Of a DNA stretch of 53,083 bases, positions 1 through 10,169 are shown in pieces. The notes below the pieces were generated by a model. It saw only the letters and a program-made list of their open reading frames with translations, was not told the DNA's origin and did not search any database. This DNA comes from Ignavibacteria bacterium (GTDB lineage: Bacteria > Bacteroidota > Ignavibacteria > Tepidaquicellales > OLB5), in contig JAYTUN010000162.1 in NCBI GenBank assembly GCA_043744495.1, positions 1 through 53,083 on the forward strand, given 5' to 3'. Positions within the stretch are counted from its first letter, which is position 1. Every line of letters begins with the position of its first letter. A program made the translations under genes and the position numbers.

Positions 1-350
1 GAAAAAAAATAATTTATATTGAAAAATACCCTGTTTAAGAAAATTACCTATAGATAAGGGTTTACGGCTTGTCAAGTGTTTTCGAAAAATATTTTCTTAC
101 GATGTAATTTGCATTTATAGTTTTGTTCTGTTAATTTTGTTTCCAATCGTTAATGAGAAGCTAATAATAAGCATAATTCAGGAAAGCTTTTAAGAACAAA
201 CTGCTCAGAAGCTGTAAACCTTTAGAGGGAACTTTTGGAGAAGCAAAAACCCCTCTGATTTTAAAAGATAAGATTCAGATGTTATTGCAGTCTTAGCGAT
301 GCATTAAATTTTAATAAAAGAATTCCGAAAATTTTTTAATTACTTACCGC

Positions 351-3300
351 ATGAAGATAGATAGACTGTTTGCAGGGGAATCGAATAATCCATACGATAA
401 AATTGAATTTGATAAACGCACATCAGTAATAAGAAATCCCGACGGCTCGATCGTTTTTGAAATGATCGATATAGTTGTTCCTAAACACTGGTCACAGGTT
501 GCAACTGATATTCTTTCACAGAAATATTTCCGCAAGGCGGGCATTCCGCGTATATTAAAAAGAGTTGATGAAGAAGGTATCCCGGTTTGGCTACAGGCAT
601 CAACGCCTGATATGGCTGCTATGAAAGATATTCCGGAATCAGACCGCCATACATCTGAAACCGATAGCCGCCAGGTTTTTAACCGCCTGGCAGGATGCTG
701 GACATACTGGGCCTGGAAATACGGCTATTTAAACACAGAAGAAGATGCTTTAGCATTCTATAATGACAATTGCTATATGCTTTCGCAGCAGATGGCGGCT
801 CCAAATTCACCGCAATGGTTCAACACAGGATTAAATTGGGCTTATGGTATCACGGGTCCTTCACAGGGTCACTACTATGTTAACGGAAAAACCGGAGTGC
901 TTACACAATCAGAAGATGCATACACTCACCCGCAGCCTCATGCGTGCTTTATTCAGTCAGTCACAGATGACCTCGTCAACGAAGGTGGCATTATGGATCT
1001 TTGGGTACGTGAGGCAAGATTATTTAAATACGGTTCAGGCACAGGTTCAAACTTCTCTAATATTAGAGGCTCAAGTGAACCTCTAAGCGGAGGCGGAAGG
1101 TCATCAGGGTTAATGTCATTTTTAAAAATTGGCGATAGATCAGCCGGTGCAATTAAATCAGGCGGCACAACCAGGCGCGCGGCAAAAATGGTTACGCTTG
1201 ATCTTGACCATCCGGATATTGAAGAGTTTATCAACTGGAAAGTTATTGAAGAGCAGAAAGTTGCCGATCTTGTAACAGGCTCGAAGCTTATGAACATTCA
1301 CCTGAATAATGTTATCAAGGCATGTTATGAAGTTCACCCTGAAAACGACCCGTTCGATAAGAAAACCAACAAGCATCTGGCTAAGGCTGTTAGTGATGCT
1401 CGGAAATCTCTGATACCCGAAAACTATATTGATAGAGTTATCCACCTGGCTAAGCTTGGTGTGAAGGAAGTACACATTCCAACCTATGATACTGACTGGA
1501 ACAGCGAAGCTTACTTAACCGTATCCGGGCAGAACAGCAATAACAGCGTTAGAGCTACAAATGAATTCATGAAAGCTGTTGAAAATGACGGCGCATGGAA
1601 TCTTTACTGGAGAATTGAGCTTAACAAAGCAAAAAAAGAAGGCAGAGACCCGGTTGCATGCAAAAAACTCAAGGCAAGAGATCTTTGGGAACAGATAGCA
1701 TACAGCGCATGGGCTTGCGCAGACCCGGGAATGCAGTATCACACTACTATTAATGAATGGCATACATGCCCCGCAGGCGGAGAAATTAAAGCATCAAATC
1801 CCTGCAGTGAATATATGTTCATAGATGATACGGCGTGCAATTTAGCATCGCTTAATCTTGTGAAATTTTACGATGTTGATAAAGCGGAATTTAATATTGA
1901 AGCATACCGCCACGCAGTAAGGCTGTGGACAATTGTTCTTGAGGTAAGCGTGCTTATGGCGCAGTTCCCCAGCAAGCAAATTGCAAAACTTTCATATAAT
2001 TACAGGACTCTTGGACTTGGCTATGCAAATCTTGGCTCACTGCTTATGATACAGGGCATTCCGTACGATTCCCCTGAAGCGCTGGCAATAACCGGAGCAC
2101 TGACCTCAATATTACACATGCGTTCCTACGCAACATCTGCAGAGATGGCTAAGGAGCTTGGCGCTTTCCCCAGGTTTAAGGAAAACGAACAGAATATGCT
2201 TCGCGTTATCCGTAATCACCGCAGGGCTGCATACAACGTGCCAAACGAAGAGTATGAAGGTTTATCAATTGTTCCGGTTGGTATAAACAAAAAACACTGT
2301 CCTGAACCGCTTTTACATGCAGCCAGGGAAGATAGCGATATGGCATTGGATCTTGGAGAGCGTTATGGTTACCGCAATGCGCAGGTTACTGTTATTGCTC
2401 CTACCGGTACAATTGGTTTGGTTATGGATTGCGATACAACCGGTGTAGAGCCTGATTTTGCGCTGGTGAAATTTAAAAAACTTGCCGGCGGCGGATATTT
2501 TAAGATAATAAATGAATCAGTCCCCCCTGCATTAAAAAAGCTGGACTACACTGAAAACGAAATACATGATATAATTAAATACTGCACAGGCCACGGCTCT
2601 ATAATAGGCTGCCCGGGCATTAACCCGCAGTCACTAACTGAAAAAGGATTCACCACAGATGTGCTGGCGCAGATAGAAAAATCGCTGCCATCGGCATTTG
2701 ATATAAATTTTGTATTCAATAAATATACCCTTGGGGCTGATTTCTGCAAGGATACACTTGGATTTACTGATGAACAGCTTGATGATTACAGCTTCAATAT
2801 TTTAAAGACACTTGGCTTTACTAAAGAACAGATAGATGATGCAAACGATTTTGTCTGCGGCACTATGACAGTTGAAGGCGCTTCCCATTTACGCGATGAG
2901 CATTACGCGGTTTTTGACTGCGCAAGCAAGTGCGGCAAAAAGGGCAAACGATACATTTCTGCGGATGCGCATATAAAAATAATGGCAGCAGCTCAGCCTT
3001 TTATCAGCGGCGCAATAAGCAAGACTATCAACCTGCCAAACGAGGCATCGATTGAAGATATGAAGCATGCTTATTTGCTTTCATGGAAGCTTGGCATTAA
3101 AGCTAATGCGCTTTACCGTGATGGCAGTAAGCTCTCACAGCCTTTAAATTCCACAAGTGATGATGATACATTCGATCATGAGTCAGAAGAGCTTGCAGAT
3201 AGTTTAAGCAAGCCCAATGATATTATCCGCATTGCAGAGCGTATTATTCACAGGTACATTGCAAAACGCCGCAAGCTTCCATTCAGAAGGCGCGGCTATA

Positions 3301-4076
3301 CACAGAAAGCAAAGATTGGCGCTCACTCGGTTTACTTAAGAACAGGCGAGTATGAGAACGGACAGCTTGGCGAGATATTTATTGATATGCACCGCGAAGG
3401 CGCGGCTTTCAGAAGCTTAATGAACTGTTTTGCAATTGCTATTTCATTAGGATTGCAGCACGGAGTTCCTTTGGATGAATTTGTTGACGCATTTGTATAT
3501 ACAAGGTTTGAGCCAAACGGTATTGTTATAGGCAACCCCAATATTAAAATGACAACCTCGCTGATAGATTATATCTTCCGTGAGCTTGCTGTAACATACT
3601 TAGGGCGCAATGACCTTTCACACATCTCACAGGAATCAGAGATGAGAACCAGCCCCATTGACAGCATAAGCAAACTTGATACCGAAAAGGACTATGAGGA
3701 TGAGGAAATCTATTCAGAGCGATTTATAGATGAGCCTGCTCCGAAGGAGTCCACTTGGACAAACAAAAGTAATGTACCAAAGCTTGACCAGCCAGGCAAT
3801 ATTCAATCATCAGGCAATATAAAGCCTGTTTCAATGCAAACCATACCATCTATCAGCTCTCAGCAGACACTTACAGGCGGTCCGCTTGGCATACAGATGA
3901 CAGGCGCTGCTACCATAAAAAATGTAAGCATGAGTGAAGAGACCGATAAGATAAAGCAGGCGAAGCAAAAAGGCTACACAGGCGATATCTGCCAGTCATG
4001 CGGCAGCTTAACAATGGTGCGCAACGGTACATGTCTTAAGTGTATTACTTGCGGTGATACAAGTGGGTGCAGTTAG
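351..4076 (+). CDS. nrdJ: class II (adenosylcobalamin-dependent) ribonucleotide reductase with C-terminal Cys-rich zinc-ribbon tail
   Basis: Uninterrupted 1241-aa ORF. RNR hallmarks [18 protein letters not shown] (active-site Cys) and APTGTIG. A low-complexity linker precedes [14 protein letters not shown] at the C-terminus. Confidence 0.93.
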   Translation: MKIDRLFAGESNNPYDKIEFDKRTSVIRNPDGSIVFEMIDIVVPKHWSQVATDILSQKYFRKAGIPRILKRVDEEGIPVWLQASTPDMAAMKDIPESDRHTSETDSRQVFNRLAGCWTYWAWKYGYLNTEEDALAFYNDNCYMLSQQMAAPNSPQWFNTGLNWAYGITGPSQGHYYVNGKTGVLTQSEDAYTHPQPHACFIQSVTDDLVNEGGIMDLWVREARLFKYGSGTGSNFSNIRGSSEPLSGGGRSSGLMSFLKIGDRSAGAIKSGGTTRRAAKMVTLDLDHPDIEEFINWKVIEEQKVADLVTGSKLMNIHLNNVIKACYEVHPENDPFDKKTNKHLAKAVSDARKSLIPENYIDRVIHLAKLGVKEVHIPTYDTDWNSEAYLTVSGQNSNNSVRATNEFMKAVENDGAWNLYWRIELNKAKKEGRDPVACKKLKARDLWEQIAYSAWACADPGMQYHTTINEWHTCPAGGEIKASNPCSEYMFIDDTACNLASLNLVKFYDVDKAEFNIEAYRHAVRLWTIVLEVSVLMAQFPSKQIAKLSYNYRTLGLGYANLGSLLMIQGIPYDSPEALAITGALTSILHMRSYATSAEMAKELGAFPRFKENEQNMLRVIRNHRRAAYNVPNEEYEGLSIVPVGINKKHCPEPLLHAAREDSDMALDLGERYGYRNAQVTVIAPTGTIGLVMDCDTTGVEPDFALVKFKKLAGGGYFKIINESVPPALKKLDYTENEIHDIIKYCTGHGSIIGCPGINPQSLTEKGFTTDVLAQIEKSLPSAFDINFVFNKYTLGADFCKDTLGFTDEQLDDYSFNILKTLGFTKEQIDDANDFVCGTMTVEGASHLRDEHYAVFDCASKCGKKGKRYISADAHIKIMAAAQPFISGAISKTINLPNEASIEDMKHAYLLSWKLGIKANALYRDGSKLSQPLNSTSDDDTFDHESEELADSLSKPNDIIRIAERIIHRYIAKRRKLPFRRRGYTQKAKIGAHSVYLRTGEYENGQLGEIFIDMHREGAAFRSLMNCFAIAISLGLQHGVPLDEFVDAFVYTRFEPNGIVIGNPNIKMTTSLIDYIFRELAVTYLGRNDLSHISQESEMRTSPIDSISKLDTEKDYEDEEIYSERFIDEPAPKESTWTNKSNVPKLDQPGNIQSSGNIKPVSMQTIPSISSQQTLTGGPLGIQMTGAATIKNVSMSEETDKIKQAKQKGYTGDICQSCGSLTMVRNGTCLKCITCGDTSGCS

Positions 4077-4113
4077 CCTCAAATAACAAAAAGTAAATAG
4101 CAAAGAACAATAG

Positions 4114-4137
4114 GGGAGGCGGGAGCCTCCCTTTGTG
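4114..4137 (+). terminator. putative intrinsic terminator after nrdJ
   Basis: 7-bp GC stem gggaggc/gcctccc (4114-4120 / 4125-4131) with a ggga loop, followed by tttgtg. It lies 38 nt after the nrdJ stop. Confidence 0.5.
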
Positions 4138-4144
4138 ATAAATT

Positions 4145-5848
4145 ATGTCTCCACAAAATATAGAAGACGAAAGAAAAAGTTGTTTAGATGCTATATTGAA
4201 CTCTAATTCAGATAAAAAACTTGTTGTAGCTGGTGCAGGAACAGGAAAAACCTTCACTTTTAAACAAGTTCTAATGAGAACTATTTCAAAAGAGAACTTA
4301 GCTCTAACTTTTATAAATATGTTGGTTAACGATATGAAAGAGTCTTTTGGTGAGTTAGCTGAAGTAAAGACATTTCATGCCTTTTGTAAGAAAATTTTAC
4401 ATGAACAGAACGGAAAGGTTAACCTTGTTCCTTATCTTACGGAAGTTATTTCAAGTGATGCAGGTTATTTAGATTTAGATTACACTGAATTTGATTCAAA
4501 GTTTCAAAACCTAGAAGAAACTCAACCAGAAATCGATTTTTATTTAAGGCGGGGTGATTATTATGAAAAGGTTAGTTTCAACGATTCTGTGTATAGATTA
4601 TACAAGGAATTAAAAAATGACATTAATGTATTACATTCATTCGAGCAAATAGTGGTTGACGAATACCAAGATTTTAATCTACTAGAGGTTGAGTTTATAA
4701 ATCTTCTTTCCCAGAAGGGAAGCATTTTAATTGCTGGGGACGATGACCAGGCTGTCTATGAAGGAAGGGGCTCTTCACCTGAATATTTGAGAAATCTTTA
4801 TTCATCCGGGGAATTTGAAATATTTGAACTACCATTTTGTAGCAGATGTACAGAATGTATAGTTATAGCGACTAATCAAGTAATAGATACAGCACAAAAA
4901 CTTGGGTATTTAAAAGATAGAATAAGTAAAAGATACCAATGTTTTTTACCTGATAAAAAAGAGGAAAGTATTAAATACCCCAAAATTATAACAGCGCAAT
5001 GTACAACAGGTAGAATGATACCTAAATATATTTTGAAGCAGATGAAGAATATTACTGCTGCAGAGATAGAGGAATCAAATAGTAAAAAATATCCAACAGT
5101 TTTAATTATAGGGACTAAACAATATTTGAATATTGTGTACAAAGAACTCAAAAACCACTATTCGAGAATTACCTATAAGCAAAGCGAGGAAATAAGTTAT
5201 GAGCCTGCTAACGCATATGAATTATTAATGTCTGATCCAAACTCTAATTTAGGCTGGAGGATTTTAATCGAATATTATTTTACTGAACCTGAAATAAAAG
5301 TAATTGTGACGGAATCCCACAAAGGTACAGCAATGGTTAAGAATTTACAATGTGAGTTTATTGAAAATCATCTTAAAATTGTAGCATTTTTAAATAAAAT
5401 CAGAAACGAAATAGAATTAACAGATATTGAAGAAACTGAGTTACGGGAATTAATTGATGGAAATATAAATGTTGAAGAATTAATTACTTATTTTGAAAAA
5501 AAGGAGACGCCTGAAGAAACCATTGAGGAAGAAACACCCTCCATTCTTTTAACCTCGTTTATTGGTAGCAAGGGATTATCGGCAGGTTTTGTATATATAA
5601 TAGGTGCAAATAATGGTTCAATACCCAAGGATTTAAGCGACATTAAGGATAGTGAAATATCACAATTTATTGTTGCATTAACACGAACAAGAAAACAATG
5701 CCATATACTTTCAAATAAATGGTTGATTTCACCAAAAGATCCAGAAGGAAATTTTATTTCACCTTTCGACAAGTCTATTTTTCTAAATTTTATTTCAAAA
5801 GAATTGTTCGATGATAAAGGTGCTATTAGCGCAAAAGAGTTGAAGTAA
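4145..5848 (+). CDS. UvrD/Rep-like superfamily 1 helicase, no nuclease domain recognised
   Basis: Walker A AGAGTGKTF, motif II VVDEYQDFN, motif III AGDDDQAVY, motif V GSKGLSAGFVYII, motif VI VALTRTRKQCHIL. Confidence 0.8.
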   Translation: MSPQNIEDERKSCLDAILNSNSDKKLVVAGAGTGKTFTFKQVLMRTISKENLALTFINMLVNDMKESFGELAEVKTFHAFCKKILHEQNGKVNLVPYLTEVISSDAGYLDLDYTEFDSKFQNLEETQPEIDFYLRRGDYYEKVSFNDSVYRLYKELKNDINVLHSFEQIVVDEYQDFNLLEVEFINLLSQKGSILIAGDDDQAVYEGRGSSPEYLRNLYSSGEFEIFELPFCSRCTECIVIATNQVIDTAQKLGYLKDRISKRYQCFLPDKKEESIKYPKIITAQCTTGRMIPKYILKQMKNITAAEIEESNSKKYPTVLIIGTKQYLNIVYKELKNHYSRITYKQSEEISYEPANAYELLMSDPNSNLGWRILIEYYFTEPEIKVIVTESHKGTAMVKNLQCEFIENHLKIVAFLNKIRNEIELTDIEETELRELIDGNINVEELITYFEKKETPEETIEEETPSILLTSFIGSKGLSAGFVYIIGANNGSIPKDLSDIKDSEISQFIVALTRTRKQCHILSNKWLISPKDPEGNFISPFDKSIFLNFISKELFDDKGAISAKELK

Positions 5849-5898
5849 TTTCCAAATCATTATTCATTCCCCCTTTGTTGATGTTGTAACTAACAATA

Positions 5899-5973
5899 CT
5901 GGATCTTTCGCTTCGCTCAGTATGGCTATTCGTGAAATTAGTGTAATTCGTGGTTAAGGCTTTTATAAAATTT
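5899..5973 (+). repeat. intergenic repeat family F1, copy 1 (ctggatctttcgcttcgctcagtat..attcgtgaaattagtgtaattcgtggttaa..)
   Basis: 75 bp with 3 mismatches to 6160-6234, same orientation. A partial reverse copy lies at 37070-37100. Confidence 0.9.
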
Positions 5974-6071
5974 GTAGTTTTGAGACCTTTCTGCACCTCG
6001 TGCAGCAAGGCTTACCTGCTGTAGTTTACCCCGCACTTGATGCGGGGTGCAGTAAGGCAGGCAAATAAACC

Positions 6072-6150
6072 CTTTGCGTCTTGGCGGTTAAATGCTTTTC
6101 TTTGTGCCCCTGACTTTCGCTTTTTGAAAGTTTTGAGTCTTTGTGGCAGT
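6072..6150 (+). repeat. intergenic repeat family F2, copy 1 (ctttgcgtcttgg..ttctttgtgcccctgactttcgctttttgaaagttttgag..gtggcag)
   Basis: Matches 6610-6710, except that the second copy carries a 22-bp hairpin insertion. The core recurs inverted at 23600-23633. Confidence 0.85.
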
Positions 6151-6159
6151 CTTTTTGTT

Positions 6160-6234
6160 CTGGATCTTTCGCTTCGCTCAGTATAGCTATTCGTGAAATT
6201 AGTGTAATTCGTGGTTAAAGCTTTTATAATATTT
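6160..6234 (+). repeat. intergenic repeat family F1, copy 2
   Basis: Direct repeat of 5899-5973, offset 261 bp. Confidence 0.9.
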
Positions 6235-6262
6235 ATCGTTTATATACCTGCTTTCGCAGGTT

Positions 6263-6496
6263 CTACTTAAGCTTGTTCGCTTCTTCTTCAATAGCTTTTA
6301 TAAGTTCTTCTGGAGTTCCGGTAATATAATTACCGTTTTCAAAATCCTTTTCTGCTTCAGCTATGTTTTCAATAAGTATCTTTCTTTTTTTATCTCTGAG
6401 TCTTTTTTCGACTATTTCGAGAATTTCTTCCTGTTCATCAATGGAAAAAGTTTCAATAAATTCTAAAGCATCGTTAAATTTTGATGTGGTATTCAT
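6263..6496 (-). CDS. small acidic coiled-coil protein (77 aa), antitoxin-like, no partner gene
   Basis: ORF trimmed to the internal ATG at 6496 (MNTTSKFNDALEF..). It is Glu/Lys-rich and helical with no catalytic motif. F1 and F2 repeats flank it. Function uncertain. Confidence 0.45.
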   Translation of the reverse strand: MNTTSKFNDALEFIETFSIDEQEEILEIVEKRLRDKKRKILIENIAEAEKDFENGNYITGTPEELIKAIEEEANKLK

Positions 6497-6609
6497 AGTA
6501 TAAATATAAACTCTTGTTACAGAAAAAACAATATAATTTAACTCCATTTAGAGTATATCCCCGATTTTTAAGTAAATTTCGAAATATTTTTTCTTAACTT
6601 TTTGTTTTT

Positions 6610-6710
6610 CTTTGCGTCTTGGCCCCAAAGGGGCTCCTTTGGAGCGGTTTAAAGCTTTTCTTTGTGTCCCTGACTTTCGCTTTTTGAAAGTTTTGAGACT
6701 TAGTGGCAGG
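6610..6710 (+). repeat. intergenic repeat family F2, copy 2 with internal hairpin insertion (ccccaaaggggctcctttggag)
   Basis: Collinear with 6072-6150. The extra segment forms the stem ccaaagg/cctttgg. Confidence 0.85.
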
Positions 6711-6798
6711 TTTTTGGTTTTTATTTGCGGCAGGCCATTCCTCCTCATTCGTGGAGTAAGGCAGGCAAGCCTTGCCTTCTACAAAAACAAATTAATGT

Positions 6799-7467
6799 AT
6801 GCAATATAAAATAATACGTTCACGCAGGCGGACGATTGCCCTACAGGTAAATAACGATGCAACGCTTACTGTTAAGATTCCATATGGCGTTACTATGGCT
6901 TATGTTGAGCGCTTCATTGAGCAAAAGAAGAGCTGGATACATAAAAAGCAGGAGCAGTTCAATGCGCAGAAAGATAAGTTTAAGCCTAAGCAGTTTACCG
7001 AGGGCGAGGATTTTATCTTCGCAGGCAGGGCATATCCGCTCGAGATAGTTCCCGGTTCCAAAGCTAAAATCGTATTGACAGCCGAAGGCAGACTAAGAAT
7101 AACACAAAAATGCCTCGAAGCTCCAAAGTATTACATAGAGTGGTTCTACAAACAGTTTGCGAAGAAATATATTACCGCAAGAACAGCTGAGATTGCGCAG
7201 GAGTTTGGATATAAGTATAAGTCTATCAAGATAAACAGCGCAAAGACGAGATGGGGGTCATGCTCAATGCGGGGAAATCTGAATTTTTCATGGAGGCTTG
7301 TTATCATGCCGCCTGAAATGATAGATTACGTAATTGTTCATGAGCTTGTTCATCTTGAGATTAAGGATCATTCTCACCGGTTTTATTCAAGAATGAGCGA
7401 GCTGATGCCTGATCATAAGCGCAGGGAAAAATGGCTGAAGGAGAATTCCGGGATGACCAAATTCTGA
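6799..7467 (+). CDS. YgjP-like / DUF45 (SprT-like, M48-related) metal-dependent hydrolase
   Basis: TRWGSCS..GNLNFSWRL..P..IDYVIVHELVHLEIKDHSHRF, i.e. an HExxH motif in the DUF45 context. Confidence 0.85.
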   Translation: MQYKIIRSRRRTIALQVNNDATLTVKIPYGVTMAYVERFIEQKKSWIHKKQEQFNAQKDKFKPKQFTEGEDFIFAGRAYPLEIVPGSKAKIVLTAEGRLRITQKCLEAPKYYIEWFYKQFAKKYITARTAEIAQEFGYKYKSIKINSAKTRWGSCSMRGNLNFSWRLVIMPPEMIDYVIVHELVHLEIKDHSHRFYSRMSELMPDHKRREKWLKENSGMTKF

Positions 7468-7481
7468 GGAGCTTTAGCGAC

Positions 7482-7663
7482 GAAGAATCCCATTAGGGAG
7501 CTAAAACTCTTTTTATATTAAAATAATTTTAGCACCCCGAATCCGGCTTTCGCCGTATTCTTCCCCTCCTTGATCCCGCTAAGAAGAAACGCGGGACGCA
7601 TAAAGCGCGAAGGAGGGGAGCTGTTTGTCTTCTAAATTTTACGGTTTCCGAATGGGATCCTTC
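7482..7663. repeat. 182-bp nested palindromic GC-rich intergenic element
   Basis: Outer 13-bp inverted repeat gaagaatcccatt / aatgggatccttc (1 mismatch). Inner perfect 10-bp stem tcccctcctt (7562-7571) / aaggagggga (7610-7619), which encloses the hairpin tcccgc..gcggga (7574-7596). Confidence 0.8.
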
Positions 7664-7775
7664 ACTCCTGCCAAAAGCGGGCAGTCGTTCAGGATTGGGG
7701 GAATTAAATGTTAATTTTTCGGTGGATTAAACAAAGTATTGCCCTTATTTTTGTTGTAATAAAAAGGATAATGTT

Positions 7776-8835
7776 ATGGAAATGAAATATTTTGCGATGC
7801 CGCCGGCAGCAGAAATGAAGAAGGCGGTTTACAGTAAAGATAAAAGTTATGACGGCATATTTTTTGTCGGAGTAAAGAGTACAAATATTTTCTGCCGCCC
7901 GGCATGCTCAGCGCGCAAGCCTAAGGAAGAGAATATGGTATTCTACTCCTCAGCGCGAGACGCGCTTTTTGCAGGATACCGCGCATGCAAAAGATGCAAG
8001 CCGATGGAGCTTTCGGGTACACATCCTGACTGGGTGAAAAAGCTGTTTGAAAAAGATCGATAGCTCAGATGAAAAACGCATCAGGGATGGCGAGTTAAGA
8101 AAAATGGGAATACAGCCAGAGAAAGCAAGAAGGTATTTTATGAAAAACTATGGAATGACATTCCATGCATACCAGAGAAGCAGAAGATTAGGTTCAGCAT
8201 TTGTGAAGATAAGGGAAGGCTCAAAGATAGATGATGTGGTATTCAGCAACGGGTATGATTCACACAGCGGCTTTCGCGATGCATTCGGGAAGCTATTCGG
8301 CAAGCCGCCGGGGAAATCTGCTTCTTCCGATTGCATTGTAACCTCCCTTTATCAAAGCAAACTTGGTCCAATAATAATCGGTGCAACATCAAAAGGTATA
8401 TGTTTGGTAGAGTTCAGCGACAGGCGCATGCTTGAGTACCAGCTTAATACTCTGCGGAAGAGGCTTGGTGCAGCAATAATTCCCGGAAGCAATAAACATA
8501 TAGAACAGGTTACATTAGAGCTTGATGAATATTTTAAAGGTACTTTAAAGAATTTTAAGACTCCATTGGTTTACCCCGGAACGGAATTTCAGATAAAGGT
8601 GTGGAATAATTTAATGAAGATCCCATACGGTAAGAAAATATCATATATTGATCTTGCAGCGAAGATCGGGCTTAAAGGCGCTTCACGTGCCGTAGGCACT
8701 GCCAACGGAATGAACAGGATAGGGATAATTATTCCCTGCCACCGTGTTGTTAATAAGAACGGCAAGCTTGGCGGTTACGGCGGCGGTATCTGGCGCAAAC
8801 AATGGTTGTTGGACCTGGAGAATTGTCAAAAGTAA
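7776..8835 (+). pseudogene. ada: Ada-type bifunctional regulator / O6-methylguanine-DNA methyltransferase, split by a +1 frame change near 8038-8060
   Basis: ORF 7776-8063 encodes the N-Ada Zn domain (CRPACSARKP..CKRCKP). ORF 8047-8835, one frame over, encodes the AraC-type HTH and the MGMT domain (IPCHRVV). The two frames overlap only between 8038 and 8063, which contains two A5 runs. Confidence 0.8.
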
Positions 8836-9088
8836 TTACAAATTTCAAAATCCAAATGTCAAAGGTTTACACCCCCCCGGCTACTAAAAAATCAGGAAAG
8901 CCGTACACCTCTCCAGAGGGGAATTGTGCTTACAATGTCCTCAGTGATAGACTATGCAAAATTCAAGAGTTTTCTGTTCTGTATTTTTATTTTACCTCAT
9001 TAATTCCATTATAACAGGTTTCTTTTTTCATTAAATTTGGTTTTTAATTTCATAACTCTATTTTCAAAATGTATGGATACCCACTTTC

Positions 9089-9781
9089 GTGGTCAATGAT
9101 TTCTTGAAAATAATTAATTACAAAAAATACCCGCTGCCAAGGATAAGGCATCATGCTAAACCGGTTTTGTACTTACCATTAAAACAGCACAAAGGAAACA
9201 ATTTCTATTACCCGCCAATAGTTAATAAATTAGACTGGAATGATATTTTTGAAGATCCCCACCCGCCGGAAATGCTTGATATAGGCTGCGGACTTGGTAG
9301 GTTTTTAATTGAATCATCAATTACCGAGCCGGACAAGAATTTTCTTGGAGTAGAAGTACGGCTTGGCGCTGTTGAATGGATCAAAGGTGTTACGATCAGT
9401 GAAAAGCTTCCCAATGTAATAGCCCTGTGGTACAGCGCAGTAAATGGATTTCCCTTTTTAAAAAAAGGATCAATTGAAAAAGTATTTTATTTCTTTCCTG
9501 ACCCGTGGGTGAAGAAAAAACATTTCAAACGCAGAGCGTTTTCTGTGGAGCTGCTTGGTGAAATATTTCGTGTACTTAAACCTGATGGAAAATTTTACTT
9601 AATGACTGACGTTCCCGAAGTAGATGATTTCCAGCAGGAGATACTGCAAATGTTTGGTGGTTTCACTTTTAAATATGTTGATGATTCTAAGTGGGATCTA
9701 AAGACAATGACAAATCACGAGGAGTTTTGTATAAGGAAAGGAATTCCGTTTATAAGGATGATATGCGAAAAAGTGAAATGA
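9089..9781 (+). CDS. trmB: tRNA (guanine-N7)-methyltransferase
   Basis: LDIGCGLGRF SAM motif and FFPDPWVKKKHFKRR signature. GTG start as called; the exact start is uncertain. Confidence 0.88.
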   Translation: MVNDFLKIINYKKYPLPRIRHHAKPVLYLPLKQHKGNNFYYPPIVNKLDWNDIFEDPHPPEMLDIGCGLGRFLIESSITEPDKNFLGVEVRLGAVEWIKGVTISEKLPNVIALWYSAVNGFPFLKKGSIEKVFYFFPDPWVKKKHFKRRAFSVELLGEIFRVLKPDGKFYLMTDVPEVDDFQQEILQMFGGFTFKYVDDSKWDLKTMTNHEEFCIRKGIPFIRMICEKVK

Positions 9782-10169
9782 GTGCTTTGAGTGAATAGAG
9801 TGCGTAGAGTGAGTAAGATTACATAATTTCATAATTTGTTTATCATGTTACTTATTTTTTGATATTCCCTTTAAATTTAAGAAAACACCTTTTTTACAAA
9901 TTTCGCTTAAAACTGCATTTTTTTATTAATTTCAATACATTATACCCTTTCCAGCCGATCTGGATATTCAGTATTTTTGTTAATTAAAACGGAAAAACAG
10001 TATTTTTAACCTTTTAAATTATTTGAATTTCAGATATATTTACGGTTCACCTATATAAATATGCAATTATGAAAAGAGTATCATACTTTAAAATATTTTT
10101 AGGTATGATTAATAAAAAACATAGTTTTTAGTATTATTTAACATTTTAAGAAAGGAAGTAAACATTTAA

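Noticed and set aside
1-350. Possible cobalamin riboswitch or NrdR boxes in the 350-bp leader of nrdJ
   Set aside because: I could not find a B12-box-like GCCACTG core or a pair of 16-bp NrdR palindromes. There is only a weak agaggg..ccctct stem (about 225-256). A B12 riboswitch is also not expected on a B12-dependent RNR. An Infernal scan would settle it.
844-3541. Multiple 60-115-aa ORFs on both strands inside nrdJ
   Set aside because: They lie entirely within a strongly supported 1241-aa gene. They are shadow ORFs with no motifs.
4145-5848. Gabija (GajA/GajB) system
   Set aside because: Only a UvrD-like helicase is present. There is no GajA-type ATPase/Toprim gene on either side.
5899-6715. 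Integron-like cassette with attC sites
   Set aside because: There is no intI integrase nearby. The repeats are direct blocks, not imperfect inverted attC structures. The GTTRRRY/RYYYAAC cores fit only sporadically.
6548-6809. ORFs 6548-6748 (-) and 6612-6809 (+)
   Set aside because: They run through the F2 repeat and hairpin modules, give highly basic low-complexity translations, and overlap each other.
8802-9014. 70-aa ORF after ada
   Set aside because: It has no motif, overlaps the ada 3' end, and has no visible ribosome-binding context.
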